A stretch of 64,000 bases of DNA from an uncultured virus (IMG/VR IMGVR_UViG_3300034073_003631) (taxonomy: Duplodnaviria; Heunggongvirae; Uroviricota; Caudoviricetes). Position numbers and translations under genes: made by a program. This document shows, one piece after another, positions 58,469-64,000 of this stretch (its first letter is position 1; each line of letters begins with the position of its first letter). The notes beneath the pieces were generated by a model. It saw only the letters and a list, made by a program, of their open reading frames with translations, was not told where the DNA came from and made no database searches. Location of the stretch: positions 1-64,000 of the IMG/VR virus record IMGVR_UViG_3300034073_003631; one strand, 5' to 3'.

Positions 58469-59293
58469 ATGGAAATAAAAGGTCCTTTTTCATATAGTGG
58501 GAACAAATATAAGATATATAAGGCTCATTTAAAGCCCATTTTTGATGAATTTGACCAAGTTATTGAGCCATTTGCTGGTTCTGCGCCCCTATTATACAAT
58601 GCAAAGGGGGGTGGAATTGGCTCTGACACCAATAAAGCGGTTGTTTTTATGCATAATTCACTAAAAATTGATGAAATTGACAAGAAAATGGAGGAAATTT
58701 ACCATTTTTACTTCAAAAATGGGCTAAATAAGGACTCTTATATGGAATTAAGGTCATTTTTCAATGAAAAGTGGAAAATATTTGGGTTTTTTGATGAAAT
58801 TGCACCACATTTTCTATTATTATGCCAATTATCCTTCAATTCTTTGGTTAGATTTAGCAAAAATGGGTATAATGTACCATTTGGAATGAAAAAACCTGAC
58901 TTTAATAGGGTTTTAGTGCATTCAAACATCTCAAAATCAAGAAATATCACCATATTTGAGTTAGAATATGATAAATTGGACATTTCTTTGTGTAAAGATG
59001 CCATAATTTACTTAGATCCACCATATATTGCATCAAAATACCAATATAATGGGTGGAATGTTGAAGATGAGGTTAAATTATTGGAATATATTGATAATTT
59101 GCACAAAATTGGGAGGAAATTTGTATTATCCAACACATTATATCATAGAGGAGTTAAAAATGAACACCTAAATGCCTGGATTTCCAAGTATAATGTTAAA
59201 TATATTGATAAAAACTACAATTCTTGGTCTGCGGCAGTCAAATCTGTTAAAAATGACTATAAAACATGTGAAATTATTGTAGATAATCTATAG
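58469..59293 (+). CDS. DNA adenine methyltransferase (Dam/D12 class)
   Basis: YSGNK, EPFAGS, YNVPFG and LDPPY motifs. Confidence 0.92.
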   Translation: MEIKGPFSYSGNKYKIYKAHLKPIFDEFDQVIEPFAGSAPLLYNAKGGGIGSDTNKAVVFMHNSLKIDEIDKKMEEIYHFYFKNGLNKDSYMELRSFFNEKWKIFGFFDEIAPHFLLLCQLSFNSLVRFSKNGYNVPFGMKKPDFNRVLVHSNISKSRNITIFELEYDKLDISLCKDAIIYLDPPYIASKYQYNGWNVEDEVKLLEYIDNLHKIGRKFVLSNTLYHRGVKNEHLNAWISKYNVKYIDKNYNSWSAAVKSVKNDYKTCEIIVDNL

Positions 59294-59303
59294 AATTAAG
59301 AAT

Positions 59304-60458
59304 ATGAATGTATTAAGTTTGTTTGATGGGATGAGTTGTGGCCAAATTGCTTTAAATAAAGCAAATATTCCATATAATAACTACTATGCTGCTGAAATAG
59401 ACAAGTATGGTATGCAAATAACAAAGAAAAACTACCCCAACACAGTTCATTTGGGTGATGTAACTCAAATAAGGGGTAATAATTTGCCAAAAATTGACTT
59501 ATTGATTGGTGGTAGTCCTTGCCAGGGGTTTTCATTTGCTGGGAAACAACTTAATTTTGATGATCCAAGGAGTAAATTGTTCTTTGAGTATGTTAGAATA
59601 CTAAATGAGGTTAGAGAAACTAATCCAAATGTTAAATTTTTGCTTGAGAATGTGAAAATGAAGAAAGAATTCTCTGATATAATATCAGAACATCTTGGAG
59701 TTGAACCTATTAAGATAAATAGTTCATTAGTTTCTGCCCAAAATAGACTTAGGTTATATTGGACAAATATTGAAGGTGTTGAACAACCAGAAAATAGGAA
59801 AATATATCTAAAAGATGTTTTAGAACCTATTGTGGATGACAAATATTACATATCACAGATTGCTGTTGAAAAACTAAATAGACATGGTAATAAAGTAATT
59901 AAGGAATTGGGCATTCCTAAAAAATCTGGAACAATACATGCTGGATATTATAAGATGGGAGGTAGAGATCAGCAGTATGTCAAGGATATTCCAGATTTAC
60001 AACCATCATTGCAAGATAGGATTTATTCAGATGATGGTAAATTTGTTGCAATAACCCCCTCCTTTATGCCATATGTTATTACAATTGATAATCATCATTC
60101 AGATTCTGAATTAAAATGTGTTGGTGCATTGGGTAAGAATAAAAAATGGCTTGATAATGGTAAAAACTTGCAAAGAAACTTTTCACAAGGGGAGAGAATA
60201 TATTCAACTGATGGTAAATCACCTTGTTTGTCTGCAAATAGTGGTGGTAGTGCTGGGGTTGGTAATACATTGATAACAGATGATATAAAAGATGAATACA
60301 AAATTAGGAAATTGACACCTATTGAATGTGAAAGGTTGCAAACAGTTCCAGATAATTATACAGAGGGGGTTTCAAACACTCAAAGGTATAAAATGTTGGG
60401 TAATGGATGGACAGTTGATGTTATTACACATATATTTGAAAAATTAAAAAGTTTATAA
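59304..60458 (+). CDS. DNA (cytosine-5)-methyltransferase with long variable region
   Basis: LFDG, GGSPCQGFS, ENV, QNRLRLYW and ECERLQT...LGNGW. Confidence 0.93.
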   Translation: MNVLSLFDGMSCGQIALNKANIPYNNYYAAEIDKYGMQITKKNYPNTVHLGDVTQIRGNNLPKIDLLIGGSPCQGFSFAGKQLNFDDPRSKLFFEYVRILNEVRETNPNVKFLLENVKMKKEFSDIISEHLGVEPIKINSSLVSAQNRLRLYWTNIEGVEQPENRKIYLKDVLEPIVDDKYYISQIAVEKLNRHGNKVIKELGIPKKSGTIHAGYYKMGGRDQQYVKDIPDLQPSLQDRIYSDDGKFVAITPSFMPYVITIDNHHSDSELKCVGALGKNKKWLDNGKNLQRNFSQGERIYSTDGKSPCLSANSGGSAGVGNTLITDDIKDEYKIRKLTPIECERLQTVPDNYTEGVSNTQRYKMLGNGWTVDVITHIFEKLKSL

Positions 60459-60480
60459 CTATATTTATATAATAAAAAGT

Positions 60481-60969
60481 ATGGATAAATTATATAAACA
60501 AATTAATAGGGTTAAATTTTTAATGGAAGACCATAAAAATTTTGGGGATGAAAGATTTGGTATTGGAAACTCCATTGATTTACTTAAAAATAATTATAAC
60601 ATACACAAAGAAGATAAATTACCAGAAGAACTAATTAATGTACATGATTCTGCAACACATTCTGAATACTGGGAAGATACGTTAAAATATGTTTCATTAA
60701 AAAAAAAGAAATTAAGTAATAACAAAAAATTATATACAACTCAAAGTTATTTATCAAAATCATTTATTGATACAATAGATAATAATGTTTATAATTATTC
60801 TGATATAATTGTTGCAACTGCAAATGATGATAAATTATGGATTTTAAATGGTCATCATAGAATTTACTATGATAGATTAAATGATAGAAATTCTATAGCA
60901 TATATTTTATCAAAAAATGATGTAAAAGAAATTGACAATGTGTTTTACACAAGTGAAGATGATGAATAA
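60481..60969 (+). CDS. ParB/Srx-like domain protein
   Basis: TTQ...IIV...WILNGHHR; TATTTATA upstream. Confidence 0.6.
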   Translation: MDKLYKQINRVKFLMEDHKNFGDERFGIGNSIDLLKNNYNIHKEDKLPEELINVHDSATHSEYWEDTLKYVSLKKKKLSNNKKLYTTQSYLSKSFIDTIDNNVYNYSDIIVATANDDKLWILNGHHRIYYDRLNDRNSIAYILSKNDVKEIDNVFYTSEDDE

Positions 60970-60982
60970 TAAATATTGAAAT

Positions 60983-61888
60983 ATGAATGTATTAAGTTTG
61001 TTTGATGGGATGTCTTGTGGCCAAATTGCATTGAATAGGGCTAATATTCAATACAACAATTATTTTGCATCAGAGATAGATAAGAATGCCATAAAAGTTA
61101 CACAGCATCATTACCCTAACACAGTTCAATTGGGTGATGTGACAAAAATTGAGTTTATTGCTTCAAAGATTGATTTGTTAATTGGGGGAAGCCCCTGCCA
61201 GGGTTTTTCATTTGCTGGGAAGCAACTTAATTTTGATGATCCAAGGAGCAAGTTATTTTTTGAGTTTGTTAGATTAATTGATGAGTGTAAACCAACATAT
61301 TTCTTATTGGAGAATGTTGTGATGAAAAAAGAATATGAGGATGTTATTACCCAATATTTGGGAGTAGAACCAATCAAAATTAATAGTTCGTTGGTTTCAG
61401 CACAAAATAGAATTAGATTATATTGGACAAATATACCAAACGTTAAAGAGCCAGAGGATAGGAACATTTCATTGAGTGATATTCTTGAGGATGATTCTAT
61501 TATAAATCCTGGTGCAATTAGGGGTAGGAGATTAAATAAAGCAACCATAATTGGTAGAAGGTTAAATTTTGATGGAAAGAGAAAAGATTATGACAAAGAT
61601 ATACCCATTACCCAATGCTTGGAAGTAAGAGCAACCAATACAAATAAGAGCAATTGCCTCACCACTGTTGATAAGGACAATGTATTGACCACAATGCCCA
61701 TTGGAAGGCATCCAAATGCTTTTAAAGATAAGTTACCATTTAGATACTACACATTAAAAGAGTATGAGAGGCTTCAAACAATACCAGAAGGTTATACAAG
61801 TGTTGTATCTACATCACAAGCAAAAAAAATGATTGGTAATGCTTGGACAGTAGATGTTATTTCACATATTTTCTCTTACTTAAAATAA
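60983..61888 (+). CDS. DNA (cytosine-5)-methyltransferase
   Basis: LFDG, GGSPCQGFS, ENV, QNRIRLYW and IGNAW. Confidence 0.93.
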   Translation: MNVLSLFDGMSCGQIALNRANIQYNNYFASEIDKNAIKVTQHHYPNTVQLGDVTKIEFIASKIDLLIGGSPCQGFSFAGKQLNFDDPRSKLFFEFVRLIDECKPTYFLLENVVMKKEYEDVITQYLGVEPIKINSSLVSAQNRIRLYWTNIPNVKEPEDRNISLSDILEDDSIINPGAIRGRRLNKATIIGRRLNFDGKRKDYDKDIPITQCLEVRATNTNKSNCLTTVDKDNVLTTMPIGRHPNAFKDKLPFRYYTLKEYERLQTIPEGYTSVVSTSQAKKMIGNAWTVDVISHIFSYLK

Positions 61889-61944
61889 GTAAAATTTGGT
61901 TCACACCAAAAAGTTCACTATCATTGTATATAAGAAATACAACT

Positions 61945-62139
61945 ATGACAAATCAATGCATTGAGTTTGAAAAACTTCCAGACAACAATTTTTTTATGCT
62001 TGATGGTATAACATATTGCAAATTTGGAAGATATGGATTAGGGTTTAATGATGGTGAAAAAGCCTTCAAAATAGTCAATCCCAAAACATTGGTTGAGCAA
62101 TTAGATTTAAAAGATGTTTTTTCTAAAAAAAATACATAA
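61945..62139 (+). CDS. Hypothetical protein
   Basis: Start at MTNQCIEFEK. Confidence 0.6.
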   Translation: MTNQCIEFEKLPDNNFFMLDGITYCKFGRYGLGFNDGEKAFKIVNPKTLVEQLDLKDVFSKKNT

Positions 62140-62197
62140 TTATACCTTTCTTATCAAAAATATATTTATCTTTGCACTGTTATAAAGATGATGAGTT

Positions 62198-62455
62198 ATG
62201 GAAAAAGATGTAGCCAAAATACTTAGAGAATTACAATACTTAGCAACAGCTTCTAAGGACTTTAAGACAAATTACCACAACCTAATAATTGTGTCCACTC
62301 TAATACGTGGTAATTTGAATGAATACTACCTGCCAGATCATAATGGCAAACTAAGTATTGTATCTAAGGAAATGGCAATTGATTATATAAAGTCAATATC
62401 CGCTTTGCCTCAAAATGAAACTAGGGGCAAAGCGGAAAAAAGTGAAAACAATTAA
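62198..62455 (+). CDS. Hypothetical protein
   Basis: 85 aa; TATCTTTG upstream. Confidence 0.6.
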   Translation: MEKDVAKILRELQYLATASKDFKTNYHNLIIVSTLIRGNLNEYYLPDHNGKLSIVSKEMAIDYIKSISALPQNETRGKAEKSENN

Positions 62456-62735
62456 ATTATTTATTATGATGATAATCTTTTTATTTGTATATATATCTCT
62501 TACAGTTCATTTATTATTTTATGAGTTTGATGATAAACATCTTAAAATATTTAGATTACTAGGCAAAGTTATGGGTACTACAATAACATTATTTATTCTA
62601 TTTATTTTAATGTCATCAGTAATTGGAAGATTTGTTGATAATCTTGAAGTTAATTACACCATTTTATTATTTATCTTACTTTTAACATTCCTTATTATTT
62701 TCTGGACTATAAAAGTTATAAAATTCTTTGAATAA
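62415..62735 (+). CDS. Membrane protein
   Basis: Three hydrophobic segments. Confidence 0.6.
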   Translation: MKLGAKRKKVKTIKLFIMMIIFLFVYISLTVHLLFYEFDDKHLKIFRLLGKVMGTTITLFILFILMSSVIGRFVDNLEVNYTILLFILLLTFLIIFWTIKVIKFFE

Positions 62736-62788
62736 TTTCTTTTTTTTGATTTAGTTTTATTATCTTTACAGACCAAAACAAAAGAACA

Positions 62789-63196
62789 ATGAAACTCTTA
62801 ACAAAAACAGAAAACCTAAGTTTTGCAGATAGTACAGGATTAGCAAATGCTGTTATTGACTGGTGTGAAAAAAATATTGGAACTAATTGGAGATATCCAA
62901 GACCCAGGTTAAGTTTATTGGGTGGTATAGCAGATGATATGTCAAGAGACACATACGGGGAGTATGATGTTGAAAATAATCTTATCAATATTAATTTAGA
63001 ACGTAATGTGTATGTTAGGTGTCTTATAAAAACCATCATACACGAATATACACACTACCTTCAACCAGTTAGAACAAAGTATTGGAAACTGGCTAAAAAG
63101 CATGGATACTATGACAATCCATTAGAGGTTGAAGCAAGGTTTAATGAAAACACAAAGTATAGAGATTGTTTCAAGGACTTAAAAAAAATATTATGA
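62789..63196 (+). CDS. HExxH zincin-like protein
   Basis: TIIHEYTHYLQ...NPLEVEAR. Confidence 0.75.
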   Translation: MKLLTKTENLSFADSTGLANAVIDWCEKNIGTNWRYPRPRLSLLGGIADDMSRDTYGEYDVENNLININLERNVYVRCLIKTIIHEYTHYLQPVRTKYWKLAKKHGYYDNPLEVEARFNENTKYRDCFKDLKKIL

Positions 63197-63321
63197 AAAT
63201 TATTAGGTTTTTAGGAAAATTATCATTATATTTGCTAACCATTTTGATATTGAGTTTCCTTGTATATCAAGGGATATTAATGGGGATAGTTTTGTATTAC
63301 TTTTTAAAAATATTTGCATGA
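63193..63321 (+). CDS. 42-aa membrane peptide (not in ORF track)
   Basis: MKIIRFLGKLSLYLLTILILSFLVYQGILMGIVLYYFLKIFA*; ATGA overlaps at both ends. Confidence 0.55.
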   Translation: MKIIRFLGKLSLYLLTILILSFLVYQGILMGIVLYYFLKIFA

Positions 63322-63503
63322 AAGAAATAAAACAAGAAAAAGACAAGTGTGTTCTTTGTGGTAAAGAAACACCATATTTAATAACTACTCATATTGATTA
63401 TAGAGTTGGGTATATTGAAGGTGGGGGACAAGGCTGCTTCCAGCCCCAGACATGTAATGATGAGAAATTTTATCAAACAACTAAAAATAAGAAAAATGAC
63501 TAA
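63318..63503 (+). CDS. Small Cys-motif protein
   Basis: CVLCG...YIEGGGQGC. Confidence 0.65.
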   Translation: MKEIKQEKDKCVLCGKETPYLITTHIDYRVGYIEGGGQGCFQPQTCNDEKFYQTTKNKKND

Positions 63504-63813
63504 AACACAATTTATTTCCATTCTTGAGAGATATAAAACTATTAATGATAAATTTTCAGAGTTGGCTAATATTGGGTTTGACTTTTTTGAGAATGCAAAA
63601 TTTCCATTGATTGAATTAACTGAAAGACAGTTTGATGCTTTTATGGAGACAAGATATAACAAAGAAGGTATTGAATGGATTTCTTGGTTTATTTTTGACT
63701 ATAACTGGGGTGAAACTGGACAGCCTAGTGCTTGGGATAAGGATAATAATCCAATTTGCACAGACATTGAATCCCTATATGATTATATAGAGGCAAATTG
63801 TAGAGTGGAGTAA
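63496..63813 (+). CDS. Hypothetical protein
   Basis: Start at MTKTQF; WISWFIFD motif. Confidence 0.7.
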   Translation: MTKTQFISILERYKTINDKFSELANIGFDFFENAKFPLIELTERQFDAFMETRYNKEGIEWISWFIFDYNWGETGQPSAWDKDNNPICTDIESLYDYIEANCRVE

Positions 63814-63824
63814 TTTTTTTATTA

Positions 63825-63898
63825 GGATCTGTAGCTCAGTTGGTAGCAGCAAAACGCTCATAACGTTGAGGTCGCAAGTTCAAGTCTTGCCAGATCCA
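63825..63898 (+). tRNA. tRNA with CAT anticodon (elongator Met or Ile2)
   Basis: GGATCTG/CAGATCC acceptor stem; AACG-CTCATAA-CGTT; GTTCAAGTC T-loop. Confidence 0.88.
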
Positions 63899-63912
63899 CA
63901 ACATTATTAATT

Positions 63913-63987
63913 TGGCATATAGCTCAAAGGTGGAGCACAATTCTGATAAGATTGAGGTTGCTGGTTCAAGTCCAGCTATGCCAACCA
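63913..63987 (+). tRNA. tRNA-Ile(GAT)
   Basis: TGGCATA/TATGCCA acceptor stem; CAATT-CTGATAA-GATTG; GGTTCAAGTCC; encoded CCA. Confidence 0.9.
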
Positions 63988-64000
63988 AAAAACAAAACAA

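Noticed and set aside
1..64000. Stop-codon reassignment as seen in some large Bacteroidota phages
   Set aside because: Recognisable genes are full length in the standard code, and TAA, TAG and TGA all occur at plausible gene ends. No suppressor tRNA is seen.

Overview
This is an AT-rich, gene-dense segment of a T4-like jumbo phage genome. The host is very probably a Bacteroidota bacterium, based on TAnnTTTG promoters, A-rich translation starts without Shine-Dalgarno motifs, a Gly-resuming tmRNA tag and a protease with a T9SS-like tail. The left end holds the head module: a portal carrying an HNH intein (missed by the ORF track), the terminase large subunit and scaffold-like genes. A proteostasis set follows: Hsp20, a ClpC/B-like ATPase, ClpP, an M28-like peptidase and a tmRNA. 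The window also encodes ThyX, thioredoxin, a DenV-like glycosylase, an Rnl1-like ligase, several cell-wall hydrolases, S8 and M12 proteases, five DNA methyltransferases and four tRNAs. The most striking element is a repertoire of nine capped LRR-like genes, seven in one translationally coupled array at 44418-48098. They have constant N- and C-caps, 3-10 copies of a 20-aa repeat with hypervariable positions, and mosaic sharing of modules between genes. Other notable signals are three TGACA-N3-TGTCA palindromes at exact 31-bp spacing next to a sigma54-like promoter for hsp20, a recurrent TATTTATA putative late promoter, and a shared N-terminal leader ending (I/L)xE on many unrelated proteins. 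All calls come from reading motifs by eye; no database searches were run.
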